64,000 nt of DNA from Lytechinus pictus (Eukaryota): NCBI RefSeq assembly GCF_037042905.1, contig NC_087246.1:34224001-34288000 (forward strand), read 5' to 3'. Positions 1-14,527 of the stretch are shown in pieces; the first letter of the stretch is position 1; every line of letters begins with the position of its first letter. The position numbers were made by a program, and so were the translations under genes. The notes beneath the pieces are model-generated. The model was not told where the DNA came from. It worked only from the letters and a program-made list of their open reading frames with translations, and searched no databases.

Positions 1-1563
1 TGTGGGAGAATCATTTTAATTATGGTCCATAAACTAATCTAACTATTTCTATTTAAGTCTTTTTGTATTCGAACAACTCCTCCCCCTAAAAACGCGTATA
101 ATTGTCATTTTAGGTGAATAATACACACGAAGGCGATAATTGTTGGGTTGTTGAGTTGGGTTGGGTATATATAGATGATTACCTTTAAGTTATAAATACA
201 TGCAAGATTTGGAGAAAGTTAAATGTTTAGCTTAATGAATTACATTCTCTCTCTTGCAGTGTGCATCTGTAGGCCTGTTCGTTTCCTGAATTCATGTTAA
301 GAGTGGCAATAAATTGGTTTACAAAAAGACATGGTTGGCCAATATAGGCCTAATAGCTATATACAATTCATATTATAAAACCATTATTTCAAAAAATGTA
401 TTGAATGAGCCTGTACCACCGATAATTATGTTAAATAAAGATGTATTCATTTTGAAAGCTAAGAATGTATAACAGCAAATATACACCTTTAAAAAAAAGA
501 AACCCATCATATACATTATTGGCTACTATACGCATGATACTATTGTGATTTAAGTCTTTCTCTTTCATTTTCCCCTGAAAAATAGTTGATTTTCTTATTT
601 TTCATGTTTTGCATTTTATCTAAAGAAATATCTTTTCATCAAGATCTTTACATCACATCTCATTATTTAGATCATTAGATCGATAATTTTACATTAATAT
701 TTTCTTTGCATTTTAATAAGTGTTAAATTACTTCAGACTGTGATGTATTATGATACAAACAAGAAAAATATTATTTTATTTATTCATCGCCATTTTTAAT
801 TTTGACCCTAATTTAGCGAAATGAATTGAAGATATTTATCTTAATTTGACGTCATTTTCCTTTATAAGAAATATGTTGAACGAGTGAATTTACGCATAAA
901 ATGAGAATATTATTTTCAGGATATCACTGAGGTCACCCAAAATATGGGGGAAACTTACATTCTCTCCAGTTCATTCAATTCCTAAAACAGACAAAGAGTG
1001 AATATTTTTACCCCTCAAGTGTAAAATCAATTAAAAATTACTTTATCACTTACTTTATTTTTTTATTCAATTTAATCAAATCACTTTCCTTATCTGCTGT
1101 TTCGATTGAAATCAGGTTTTAATTATTTTCTCTTTTTTTAAGGGGATAACTATTTTGACTAAACTATTAATTCTAGATTCAGAAATCACATTCGTTTTTA
1201 GACTCCACTTATGTTTTTATCCAAGTAACATTATTTTTATCAAAATGATTACATCATTGCTTGCTTGCATTTGAATACTTATATGACGATAATACTATGC
1301 TATAAACGTTTGTGTAAATAATATATTATATGAGAATGACTGTGTTTATAAACTTATAAACCAATAAGAAGTACTATTTATGATATTAAAACAAGTATTT
1401 GAAGTTCTTTACTTACAAAATATAAAAACACTAAAAAAATATTTTTGTGGTATTTGTGTGTTTATTTCTTTCCATTCTTGAAGTTTCGTTCGACCATGGA
1501 CCTACTGTCAGAGTCGCAGGTCCATGGTTCGACAGCCAGAACTGTGCGACATCCAACAAACTA

Positions 1564-1919
1564 GGGGCGTTTCATGAAACTGTTCGTATGAGTGAAATGT
1601 ACACAGATGATACATCGGATTTCAGCTTATACATGGGCCCCATCTTACAAAGAGTTGTGATTGATCCTAATGCAAATTTGTTCAATATATTTTCTAGTAT
1701 ATTCTTACATTCTCTTGAAGATTCAGTGTCATTCTTTTTGTTTATTAAAAGGATTGAGATTATTTCCGGTAGAAAAAATTATGTCATCATGGTTATGGAT
1801 GGATTTCCATATACATTTGAGATTGATTGGATTAATCGTAACTCTTTGTAAAACAGGGCCCGGATTAAGAATGCGATTTATCACACGAGGAAGTTTCAAA
1901 CGGCTTCATGAAACGGCAC
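1564..1919. mobile_element. Degenerate MITE (GGGGCGTTTCATGAAAC...CTTCATGAAACGGCAC) hosting a nested MITE
   Basis: Imperfect inverted termini at ~1564 and ~1904-1919; interrupted by the element at 1635-1861. Confidence 0.45.
1635..1861. mobile_element. MITE, GGGCCC-ended (PIF/Harbinger-like), family copy 1
   Basis: TIR GGGCCCCATCTTACAAAGAGTT / AACTCTTTGTAAAACAGGGCCC; homologous copy at 6725-6997. Confidence 0.7.
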
Positions 1920-1970
1920 TGGTATAGGTGTGGCATAAAGCTGTTCGCCCGCTGTTCGTATATAAGTTAA

Positions 1971-2583
1971 AGGTGTGCTCCAGGCTGAAAATAATATGAT
2001 TTGAACGGTCAGATAAAGAAAAATCAGACAAACAAAACACTGAAAATTTGATCAAAATCGGACAAGGAATACTAATAATAAAGTATATAGCATTCTAAAG
2101 ATTTTCATTATTCCGCGGAAGCAGTTCTCGACATGTCTTCATGAATATTCAATGAGCAAATTCTTGATGATGTCATATCCCCACTTGTTCTTTTGTATTT
2201 TATCATAGGAAATTAGGTTTATTCAAAATTTGTCCTTCAAGAACAAAAAAAAATTGAATGACAACTGATCTAGTGCATTACATATCATGCTGCAACACAT
2301 TTCATTACAAGAAAGACGTATCATTCCCAAATCTATGAAAAAATAAACAATTATGATTTCATGTAATAACATACGAAAGAGGAAAGTTGGGATGTGACAT
2401 AATTAGCCCACCTATATTCATGACGACGTGCATATAACTATTTCCACAATATATTGCTAAGCTTTAACATTCAATAACTTCGCTATTTGTTATCAGATTT
2501 TGATGAAATTTTCAGCATTTTGCTCTGTGAATTTTACTCTATTTATTTAGATGAAAAACATTATCAGCCCGGAGTACCCCCCT
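1971..2583. mobile_element. TTAA-targeting MITE (Kolobok/T2-like, AGG...CCT ends)
   Basis: TTAA|AGG...CCT|TTAA ends; subterminal inverted blocks CTGAAAATTTGATCAAAATCGG / CAGATTTTGATGAAATTTTCAG; related to 7379-7970. Confidence 0.75.
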
Positions 2584-3581
2584 TTAAGAGCGATTTTACA
2601 AACGGCTGAGGACTTTTCTTGTTCTAAATACTCCATGTAGCTGACTTAGCACATGAGAGAATGTCCTAGTTGTTCGTTAGGTCTTTCACAACTTTCGGAA
2701 CAGCTTCATGGAACGATCCAGATATCTTATTAGGTATATACCTAAAACAATCTTATCACCCTGGCTTGGACAAGTTCTTCATAAGTTCATCCGACAGTGA
2801 TTCGAGAAGATGACATCCTTTCTTCATGCCGCATTATGAAACGCCTTGATAATTAAATAACAAAAAGATAACGGCGTGAGATGAATTCAGCTGTTCAATG
2901 TATTATTATCTGTATTGCTTTGATCACATTGAGTTTTGGTTCCCATATACTTTCCAAACAATGATGTTTAATAAAAACATGAAAGTTGAGGCATTTGAAG
3001 AGAAGCCCTATATACCATCCATGATATTTTCCTAAAATATCATAAATGAATATACAAACTCATAATACTTCTGCTCATCTATCCAATTAGTGGAATCTCG
3101 CTTTAAGTATCCCCATCTGTTCTGATAGCATCTTTGAATCTCTTTAACGATCCATCCAGAACCTCCTTCTCCTCCATGATCAAGGTCGCATTCAAGTTAA
3201 AAAACAAAAGACAGACCCCTTCCTTCATCACCTTTAATTAATCTGTCGAATTCATCTCACCCGATACATCCAAGTGGCGCTATTTATTGATGTATGTGCA
3301 GGGGGGAATTTGAACTATGTGCGATTGAATGAAAGGTATGTTGGGAACATAGTGGCTCATCAGAATTGGGCTGTTTTGCTTGATACTTTTTTTTGGTAAA
3401 CTCGATGTGATGACAGAAATGTGGAAAAGCAAAGGTGGATGAGAAAAGAAAGCAAGGCAGAAAGGAAACAAACAGATTAGATGTAGATAATGATTTTTTA
3501 AAACATGAAACATGAAACAAAACGGAGAAAATGGAGTATACTGATAAAGGGGCGTCTGCACAGGGGAGAACTAGATACATT

Positions 3582-3902
3582 GGCCCGTATTCTGAAGTCA
3601 GGTTTAACTTAGACCACGGTCTAACTCTGTACTACAATTATGGGAAGCCAAAAAATGAAAAAACAAGTTTATATTTTATATTTCTTATGTTTAATATTTT
3701 TGTTTCTTTTTGCTTTCATAATCATGATAATCAAGAAAATACTTCAGTTATCATTCCCAGAAAATTATGAACAATTTGGGTATCATATGAATTAATAAAT
3801 TGAATGTTTACTGTTAGGGATTCGTGCCCCAATTGGCTCTCCATACTTAAACCACAACTTTAAACCAGGGTTTAATTTAAACTCGACTTCAGAATACGGG
3901 CT
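3582..3902. mobile_element. MITE with GGCCCGTATTCTGAAGTC TIR (Harbinger-like)
   Basis: Terminal inverted repeats; homologous copies at 14211-14503 and 14528-14844. Confidence 0.75.
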
Positions 3903-6724
3903 AGTATCTTGGTGGTGATTTTTTCTTCTTCCCATGATTTTTTTTTCTTCGCGTAAAAAATAAAGAAAAAAAAAACAGGAGAGGAAAGAAATAGCATTGG
4001 AAATGGAAGGCTGTGTCATGGACCTACCAAACATCCCTATCACTGAAAAAAGCAAAATGACGTTATTTATTTTGTCTTGCCCCCCCCCCCCCCCCTTCAT
4101 CTTGAATTACACTGATACCACTCTTGATTTCAATCGCTGACATTCAATCGGTGTTTGGATAATTTAAAACAGAAAAAATGAAAATGCTACGAAAATGTAA
4201 GGAATATTCCAAAAAAGTTTGATCTACTTTTAGATTGAAAGGATGCCATTGGCATTCATTCTGATGAGTAGACAAACAGCATTTAAAAAACCCACAAATT
4301 TTATTCTTTCACGTTCAGAGGCTCAGTGTGTTGTCATCATGGTCATGGTTATGTTTGAAAGAAAAAAAAAATTAGGTTTCAGAAGGGCACCTCCAGAGTG
4401 GGGGAAGCAGGGACGACCACCTCCCGTGATTTTCAAGTAGTGGGAAAAAAGAGAGAGAAAAAATAGGGGGGAAAAGTCGAGTGTATAAAGTATGTGTAGT
4501 GTAACTTTATCGTATAAAACCCCCTATAATTCAAATGACATAACATGATATCCTTTCTTGGATCATTTTGGCCCCCTTATCAAAATAACATATCGCCCCT
4601 GGTAGGTTTGTAGAGAGAAAGAAAGGAGGAAGGACGAGAGGGAGAGGAAAGAGAAAAACAGAGACAGACAGACTGACAGAAAGAGAGGTACAGTGAGAGA
4701 ATGGGGTGAAAAAGGGGGTCAGGGTTGTTGGAAAGAATGAGGCTTTGTATGGGGGGGGGTAGAAAAATATAATCATTCATTGGAACTCTTAATCAAAATA
4801 ATAGAGATGATTCAATTCAAATGACATGAAGTTTATTAGATTGGTGTTAATTAAGCGCTGATCACATTCGATCTAGCATGCTATTTCGGACAGCCGTCTG
4901 CTCTGTGGGGTGCTGACGGACACATTCTAACATCGACTTTTTTATGCTTTAATGTATTGTCATGTGGAAAAGGGGAGGGGGCACCCCACATCGTCTCATA
5001 AAAATATCCCAACGCCCCACCAGAACCCCTATATACCCGAATTAATATCACATCCCTTCAGTAATGTCTGTTGATGCGTAGCGTTGGCTTACAGCTTTGC
5101 TGATGTAGTTTGCTCAACCTGTATTGTAATTAGGTTAAACACACATCTAAATGGATGTAATATTAAACGTGGGATCAAATTATGGTATATATTGCTTACT
5201 TTGTATTTCATTCCTTGCTAGGCGTATACATGGTGTGAGAGTATTTGATTTGGGCTTGTATGTTTTGATACGATAACGATTGTTCAAACAAAAACCTGTT
5301 TAGAAATATCACTCTGATAAGCGCTGCATAAAATCCGAGTTTTATTATCATTGACGAAATGACGAAAACTAAGCATTTTTTATAGGCATGAACAGAAATG
5401 AAGTACTTGTATTGCAAGTCAAAAAATGTATGAGTTCACGCAAGGGAATATTGTTCTTCTTCACTTTCTAGAATGCATGAATCATTATGATCATGTTTTT
5501 AGTCAAATCATACCATTAAACTTCTGCATGCCATTCGTAAAAAAAGGACATTCTTATTTTTGCAGGTCTAAATGTTATTTTGAATGACTATAAAATGAAT
5601 TTCATTTAAAGACATCAACACATCTCTTTTTACCCATTTAAAAGCAGTCTGGAGAATTTTATAGATATTTAGATTAACTAAATGTTTACACTTGCTATAT
5701 ACGGGGACGAACATTTCTAAGCAATGACAAGTTGTTCAAACAGTATACATGTATTTTGATATACGGTTTAGATATATCTTAAAATACCCTATTATAGAGT
5801 TTCTGTTCGCAATGGTATTACAGTGTGTGTTTATCACTTCAAATTAGGAAATACCATCTTGAGAAGATATGAACTCATCGCACATCTTTGTGCCAGCATT
5901 CAGAGGCGCATAGTATGGAAAGGGGTGTTCATTTTCCATGTTACAAAAAAAAAACAGAGGAAAAAAAATGAAGGTGAAAAGGGAAAAGGAAGAAAGAATG
6001 GTATTGAGAATAGATCGCAATATCGTAAAACATTAAGAAAAGTGAATGAAGTAACTTTCAGATTCTCTTGCATCTTTTCTATCAATATAACTACGTGTAA
6101 CACTGGCATTCTCAGAAATGCCTTTTCGAAAAAAAAAAGGACAGAAATAACATCTACTCCAACATTTAAACAACACTGATTGAAAAAAATAACACATCAA
6201 CATAATCTCATTTGTATCTTATAATAACCAAAATTCTTTTCAGGTGTACAAATGTGTACACATAATTACAGGCAAAGGTAAAATTCCCGTTTGATCAGCA
6301 AAATCATGAATATACAATCATCGAAAATATTTCAAATGAAATTGGGCGTGCTTTAAGATTCCAATGTAACCTTTTGAATATAGTTGATGCACTTGTATAA
6401 CTCGTTATCTTGACTAATGTCTCCGACATGGTACTCGCCGGGGGGGGGGGGGGGGGGCATGGGGCAACCCCTCTATACATTTACGATTCTTCATATAGTA
6501 GGAGGGGGCGTACAAAGAAGCAAGAAGAGTATAAAAATGAGTGGTCTAAGCCATCATCATTTCAGCCATGTTCTGCCCACTGCAAGGTGAATGCCTCCTC
6601 AAGTTGGTAGTGTAACTCTATTGCCACTGTCATGACTGTTGTTCAACTGAAGATAAAACCACTGCCATTTATGTCGTATTGCCACCCCCAACTATACATC
6701 CTGGTTCCGCCCTCGCGTGCCCCA

Positions 6725-6997
6725 GGGCCCCATCTTACAAAGAGTTGTGATTGATCTGATCAACCACAACTATGATGGCAAGCAACATCAAAATATAAAA
6801 TGCAAATTTGTTCAACATATTTTCCAGATATATGATGTATACTCATACATTCATTGTTCTCTTGGAGATTCAGTGTGATTCTTTTTATTTACTAAGGATA
6901 TTGTGCAAATTTCCTGTATTGAAAATTATGGAATGGATGGATTTCCATACAGTTGAGATTGATTAGATCAATCTTAACTCTTTGTAAGACGGGCCCC
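6725..6997. mobile_element. MITE, GGGCCC-ended, family copy 2
   Basis: ~45-bp imperfect TIRs; homologous to 1635-1861. Confidence 0.75.
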
Positions 6998-7378
6998 GGG
7001 TCTCAGGTGTTGTCCTCGGGCTGGCATCTTAAGTCCTTTCGCAGTATCCACAAGTGCCTCATAATTGTTACGTCATAAATATAACTTTCTAAGTTGTGAA
7101 TTAATCATGCACCCACACACTCAGATTGAAAGAATGAAACGATTCTAGACTATTGAATGTTCCATAATTCATTCTTTTGATTGCATAATGTAAAACGATA
7201 AAAGGGCAACTTGTTATTTTAAAGAAAGAAAGAAAATTATAGATTTTAAGAAAAGTATCACAATGGGTGGGGGCGCCCCTGTTAAAGAAGTGAAAAATGG
7301 GTAAATCGATTTAAAAAAGGAAGAATTTATAAAGTGAAGTATGTGTCGTGTAACTCTATATTATACCCCTATTTTTAA

Positions 7379-7970
7379 AGGACAAGTCCACCCCAACAAA
7401 AAGTTGATTTGAATAAAAAGAGAAAAATCCAACAAGCATAACACTGAAAATTTCATCAAAATCGGATGTAAAATAAGAAAGTTATGACATTTCAAAGTTT
7501 CGCTTAATTTCACAAAACAATTATATGCACATCCTGGTGGGTATGTAAATGAGAAGACTGTGACGTCATCCACTCACTATTTCTTTTGTATTTTATTATA
7601 TGAAATATGAAATATTCAAATTTTCTCCTCATTGTCAAGTGATACAACAATTAATTCCTCCCTGAACGTGTGGAATTAGCATTTTAATACTATATGGTCC
7701 AGTCAAGTTGGTCCTTATTGTCAAATCTGTAACAAATTAAATATTGTATAATTCAAACAATAAAAAACAAAAGAAATAGTGAGTGATTGACATCATCGAC
7801 TGACTCACCTAGTTATGCATATCACTGTTTTGTGAAAAATAAGCGAAAATTTAAAATGTCATAACTTTCTTATTTTACATCCGATTTTGATGAAATTTTC
7901 AGCACTATGCTAGTTTGATTTTTTTCTCTATTTATTCAAGTCAGCATTTTTCCTGTGGTGGACTTGACCT
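7379..7970. mobile_element. TTAA-targeting MITE (Kolobok/T2-like)
   Basis: TTAA TSD; AGGACAAGTCCACC / GGTGGACTTGACCT TIR; long (~200 bp) imperfect inverted arms. Confidence 0.8.
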
Positions 7971-9554
7971 TTAAATTGGGAGGTCATATTTCCCCTATAT
8001 AACCCCCTCCCCCGACGCTGTCACTGGGCACAGCCCCATATTCACTTTATAGATCCACAACCCTTAACATGGGTTGCTGAATATAGAGGCCAGTCCATAC
8101 CGGCATAGCATTACAATCAACACGGTCAACAGGCATTGATCGATTTAAAATCAACTATAAATAGGAGTTGGACTCCCTTGAAATACACATTAGGAATGTT
8201 TCATTTATGAATCTTTTTATTTCTCCTCCATAACCCGTCTTTCGCTCATCTTTTTTTCATTTACTTTAAGTATGCTGAGATATTAGTGGTGTTGTTTCAT
8301 AAATTCTTGCAGTATTAGAAAGTTTGAGAGTAGATTTTTTTTGGAAAAGGGGATTGGAGGGAGTGATTCCATTTCCTACATGTTGCAGTGGATTGCTATA
8401 GATTTTAATATATATAGAAGCATGACAATAAAAACTGATTTTCTCGGCTTATAGATCTTTGTGTACCAGCCCCTTGTTAAATTTTACTGCCCTTCATGAA
8501 CTAATATGATCAAGCCCAATATTGACAAGAGAAGATAAACCATCTCCCCTTAAAGTCTTTTTAATTTTCACTTGTTCCTCGTGACGGATTAGGCCATGAT
8601 CCGCGCTGGAGTCCTCGGGGATTTATGAGAAATCACACCAATTAAAATGTCCTAACTTAATGTCATAAGCATAACTCCCTGCTCAACATGGAAATGGTAG
8701 GGTAATATTCAGCCGGTGTCTTTGAGGGGTGGGAATGGTTGTGAGGCAAACCGGACAAATATTCAGGAAATTGAAATGATTAACAAATAATAATAACAAT
8801 AATACGACCTTGTAAAGTATTCCTGAGTGTGTTCATATCTAACGCTGATGTTGGATAAAATTTTGTGATACATTTAGTTTCATTGGATTATAATAGTAAA
8901 TTGAATACAAATATATGAATTGAGGAAGATAGAAAAGATAGAGAGGGTGAGAGGGTGTATGTGTGTGTATGAGTGAGAAAGAGACAGAAATAGTGGAGAA
9001 AGGTAAATATATGCGAGAGAAAGTGGGGGAAAACAAGAGAAGACATTTACGTGTGTGTGTGTGTGTGTGGGTGGGTATGTGTATGTATATACAGTACATG
9101 CATGAATACTAAATAGGCCTAAATTTTAATATAACACCCCCATATGGAGTCATAAACTTTTTTATCTTTGAAAATTAGTCTATATCGCTATTGAAACATT
9201 ATGGTAAATTTCACAACTTTCCGAATCATCTTGCATATACCCCGTTTTGATAATGAGGTCACTCACCCCATTGCCTCCCAAGACGCCCCCGCGGTCTTTC
9301 CATCTCCAAATTGCTTCGGGTGACTTGCTCGCGTGGATACTCACTCGTTACGCCTCTCGGATCAAGTGAAGAATACCTGGGGTTTTCTACGTCGTGGAAT
9401 GTTTATGGAAAATGTCATCGCAAATTTAGGCCGCCAAGAAAAATATAATTAAGTGGATGACAGTCCTTGATTGGTATGTATTTATACAGAGAGACCCACA
9501 ACCGATCGACAAATCTTCCTTGAGAATGGCAAACATGCTGTCACTCTGTTAGCC

Positions 9555-9570
9555 CTAGTAGGGGGCAGCA
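9555..9570 (+). promoter_or_regulatory. Candidate CTCF-binding motif CTAGTAGGGGGCAGCA
   Basis: One mismatch to the CCAGYAGRKGGCRSY core, in non-repetitive DNA; motif match only. Confidence 0.3.
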
Positions 9571-10110
9571 AATTCCCTTCTTCGTCATGTATCAGTTTCA
9601 TAACAAGGTTTGTGGGTTATCTCGCCTTTTTGTTAGATTAATTTTTAAGACCTGTCTCATCTTTGAAGTGATTTCCGTGAATTTATTCTTAAAAAAAGGA
9701 GGGGGGACGATAATAGAATGCATTTAATTATAAAAAAACGCGTGATGTCGATGAGAATAGTCACTCAAACCAATTAAAGGATGAAAAACTAATATCCACT
9801 AAAATCATTAATCGTTTGCACGGATATGAATTAATATATACATTTTAACTGGTGTAATATCTCAGTGAAAGTTGTTCCATAACTGTCTTTGATTTAAGTC
9901 GTGAATAAAAGGGGACCAAAGATAAAAGCTTAGGGCACTCCAATTCACGAGTACTTTTGTAATTGCGGATTTTTCTTGTGCAATAGATTAGTTAAACTTG
10001 ACTTGCAAATTATATGAAAATGATTCCAATCTTTCATGTTCATTTTGTTTTTAGTCGACACCATTACCAGATGTAAGATGTCATGTTCAGTCATCACAAC
10101 GAACCTTGTA

Positions 10111-10336
10111 CACTGTAAAAAAAATATTGGGTAAAATGCTAACCAGCATGAGGGTAATTATGTGCCCAACCAATTTTGGGCCGTATTTTACCCAATGAGT
10201 AAGTTAAAAAAATATAAGCAGGAATTACTTTAGTAATAAACACTGGATAAATAGAAATGCCGAAAAGAAATGCCAAATATTGGTTGGACACATATTTACC
10301 CTCACGGAGCATTTTTGCCCAATATTTTATAGAGTG
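10111..10336. mobile_element. CACT-ended MITE (CMC/EnSpm-like), copy 1
   Basis: TA|CACTGTAAAA...TATAGAGTG|TA; internal inverted GAGGGTAATTATGTG-type blocks; copies at 22857 and 60958. Confidence 0.7.
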
Positions 10337-10820
10337 TAGAATAACAAAGGCTTAGGTTAATTCGGATGATATACCATCACTCGGTATGGAACCCCCCCCC
10401 CCCCTTCCCCTTGGCTTGGCTGCGACTTAATCGGTCATCCCTTTAAATTGTACAGTTCCAACTTCAATCATGGCAAGGAGAAGCCGTGACATAGCCCTTA
10501 GCAAACCTGATACCCCTGCGTCACACTCCATTAAACTCGCCGACTTGTCCCATCACCTCGCCCCAGTCTTTTACCTGAATTGTAATCACGTGACAAACAG
10601 CCTGTAGCACGTGGTTTCCGGTTACAACTTTGCGTTTTGTCATTCCGCGCGCGTATTCGGCTGAGCAAGTCGGGTCGATCGCGTTTTCTCGAGAAGCGAT
10701 CGGGGGAAGCGAATTGTTTTTGGAGGGGCGGAAGAAGGGGAAGACTAGGGTATATTGCCTTATTGGGCTAAAATATTGATAGCTTTACTTTTACTTGTTC
10801 AAAATGTATAGGCTCCAGCA

Positions 10821-11008
10821 GGCGTGATGCTACAGAGAGGGAAAGGGATTGGGCCTATAGGGCTAAGGCTCCCACCCCAAGGGCCGATAGGAACGATTTT
10901 GAAGAGGGGGTGCTGGTTTGGAAAAAAAATTACAACCTTAAAAAAAATAGCATACCAACCTTATTTCGAGGGGATTTTGAGTATGTTGTATAACATCCGC
11001 ATCACGCC
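10821..11008. mobile_element. Short non-autonomous DNA element
   Basis: 10-bp TIR GGCGTGATGC / GCATCACGCC. Confidence 0.4.
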
Positions 11009-14000
11009 CAGGAAAATTCTACAAAATCTCCGCTTCCCATCTCCATACGTACATCCCCATCCCTCAATGATCGGCAATGGTCACAATTATCACGTTTAAT
11101 CGAAATTAGCTATGGTAAATGTATATATATAACATAAAATAAATATATATATCTTTCTTTCGTTTTGTGAATGCCATGTTTTGACCAAGTAATTTTAGAT
11201 GACATTTTTTTAGACTTTCTGACACAGATAGCCAAATTGTGAACTACATTGTCGATTTTACTGCAAGAAACTTATCTAAAAAGATATGTAAACTTGTGTA
11301 TACTAGTGTATGAAGGGTTCAGCCCAAATTTGCTTAACCCTATTGCAGGTCACCCGATATTATTACTAGTATGTGGTTCATCTGTTTAAATGCAATCCTC
11401 ACAAGTGACACGACTGTCACCGCCTCTGTCTGAAGGCGGTGCGTGTATGTCTACCCCACACACTCTACTCCCAAACTGCTCACGGCTCGACATCCATCGG
11501 CCTAATTGACACCCGATATCCTCCGATCGATACTATCAATAAATGCCGCGCGCAATCAGGGCGCACACACGTTGAGTGCTCCATGCGCAGCGAGAGCTAC
11601 CAAAATTACGTTCCCATAGCTGCTTACACGCGAGGAAGGTCAGCAATGATTATGCATTTTTAAATCCATATTTTTCTTCAAATATGGTAGAGCAGTAATG
11701 ATGCACTTTAGTCGCCCTTTAAACTGCAATCCCATGATAAATGAAGAAAGTTTAATTACAATATTTGTAAAACCAGCGCTATAAGTAAGCATTGGGAACG
11801 TAGCTTTGATGTGATCATAGAATTACATGCGGATGGTAGGCTAGCTGTGTTAGAATATGAGCCTGAGGACTAAGTATTGGATACATTTGGAAACGTGTTT
11901 GGAAGCACGGGCAGGCATTTTTCCAGGGGTAAAAAGCACTTCCAATTTGAGATCCTTTCACTGGTTTCAGCTATCCATTTTCGTAAACAAGCCTTCCCCA
12001 CTTACCTTATATACAACCAGGATTCTTTAAAGGTACCCGTTATCTGGCGCTGAAATGGATTTGATTATTGTTGAACGAGCACGCTTTCAAAGTTGTTTTT
12101 AGCGAGTTCTTCTGTTAGGCCTTTGCACAGATAAATGTCAACAAAATTTTTGTGTAATGCATATGCTATTTCTCTGTCCAAAAGTTTGAAAAAAAAAGCA
12201 AATAAGTAAAAATTTATTTGCTAAAACATTTATAAGGAATGAATAGTGTAATAAACACACACTCACATCCCAATATATATATAATTATGTTTATATACGT
12301 ATAGATCCATATATTCATCATGTCCATATGAATTATGTGTTAGTAAGTAAACTTAGAAGCCAAGTTGGATGAATGTTTGAGGAATTTTGACGAAAATATT
12401 ACAATTTTTAATTCAACCTTCTCTTCATTCTTGTTTGCCTGGAATTATCAAATAATCTCTCGAATATCAAAAGATAACTCTGAAAAGGTTGTGAAGCAAT
12501 TTATCGATACAAAGATTGGATAGTTGGATACTTCTAGGCCTATATAATAATAGTCTACTTCTCCTTGGCTCGGTGAATCAAATTTAAGGTGCAAAACATA
12601 TATAACCCTGTTCACGGCTGTAAACTGCGCACGAGCAGAAAAAGGTAATTGGAGACAACCATGAAGGTGGCTTTCAAATTCACTGACATAGGCATTTGTG
12701 ATTTGATGATTATTCATGTATTCCTTTCAAAATATTTATCGCATCCAAGCTAAAGAGTAATAAATAGAGCCTTCATAATCACTGGTATTTGACAGTAGCC
12801 TAAACAATAGTCAAATGTGCCAAAGGCAGACAATAAAACAGATTTCCAAACTTTATACCTGATGTACTATTCTAGTCACCTGGTCTATACAATGCCTTTT
12901 GTTCTTAGAATTTGAATACTCTACCGGTAAAGTTTACGCAACATCTACATTTGAAAATGATAGTGCTTATCCTAATGAAAAATCACAAAGGTCATTTGAG
13001 AAAAGTTGATCATGAGCTAACCATGAACTGGCTTATTATGAGCGGTCATTGGGCGGTTGATGTGCCACTGCGCCCCGGTAGTATGTCCCCTTCTTGCCCG
13101 CCCTTCATTCCTCGAACATCACATCCTTCCTATCTAAGAAGTCATTGTCTACCTTCCATCCTACACCATGCAGGGTATTAGATTGATATAGCATACCAGT
13201 CTCGTTAATCTTCTTTGCTTTCATACCACCATCCATTATGCTACGGTCAGATCAACGAAACAAACTCCAAAACGATCAATGATAGGTCATAGGAAATAAC
13301 GTGATATAGCTTTGATCGGCATTTCGTCTTCGACGATCGGTGCGACCTCTCTGCCTGCTTGGCGTGACGAAAAGACATATATCCTTTCTAATAACTTTAC
13401 TAATGTGTTTCCTTCGTGAGCCAAAAGAATTATCGGCATCCAGGCCGGTGCCTCGTCGGGTATACTGTATAGGCCTTCTTTTTGCTGGAGTATCATTTCC
13501 CACTGTCATAATCAACCCATTCAATTCACATAGGTTTTTAACATAGCGATTGGATTTAAGATTTCAGAATGACCGTCAGTCCTAAATTGGACTATATTAT
13601 TTATTGTAGTTTCTCGCAGTACGTATGACTTAATAATTTGTAAACAATGACAATTTTAAAGCATACCCTTTGATAATAATTGATTTCAATTAAGCACTTT
13701 TCACCAAATTTAGAACATATTGTTATAAACATTCATAAAAAAGGGATAAAAATTATATATATTTTTGACATCTAACTTATGGAAGATTAGAATGCTTTAC
13801 TTTATACCTGACTTAACTCACCCCCCCCCCTTTTTTTAAGTGAGGGCCTTAAACATTTATATCATTTATGGAAAGGTGAATAGTGCCTTTAAGAAGATTC
13901 TTTTCATTCCGCTAATGTGCATCTCTGATATAAGTTGATAATATAACCTAGCGATCGATTTCAAGTACGTCAAGTATTGTTTGGTTGTTCCAAGTGCCTC

Positions 14001-14210
14001 TTCAGATTCTTAACGTGATCTCGCCTTCTCAAGGTATCCAGGGGTCATCTTCACACTGGCCACATGTCAACCTCTACCTTCCTTATTTACAGGGGCAACT
14101 GAACTGATTTGAAAATGGGAGGGGCTGAGCTGAAAGTGTGTGTGCGGGGAGTGGGGTACGTGCTTGACCATGCTAAAAATCATAAATCCCCTACTGGAAA
14201 AGAACACAGT

Positions 14211-14503
14211 GGCCCGTATTCTGAAGTCAGGTTTAACTTAGACCATGGTCTAACTCTGTGTTAAAATTATGGGAAGCCAAAAGTTTTATTAAGTTGTATG
14301 TTTCTGATGTTTACTGTGCTCTTTCCTGATTCATCGATAGTGAATACAATAATCTATTTATATTTCCTACACAATTATGAATGATCAGAGAGGTGAAATA
14401 TTATATCACTACTGTTAGTGATTTATGTAACAATTGGCTATCCATACTTAAACCACAACTTTAAACCTGAGTTAAATTTAAACCCGACTTCAGAATACGA
14501 GCC
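14211..14503 (+). mobile_element. GGCCCGTATTCTGAAGTC-TIR MITE, nested
   Basis: TIRs; AGT TSD on both sides; same orientation as 3582-3902. Confidence 0.8.
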
Positions 14504-14527
14504 AGTGTCTCACAGTGTGATCACAGT

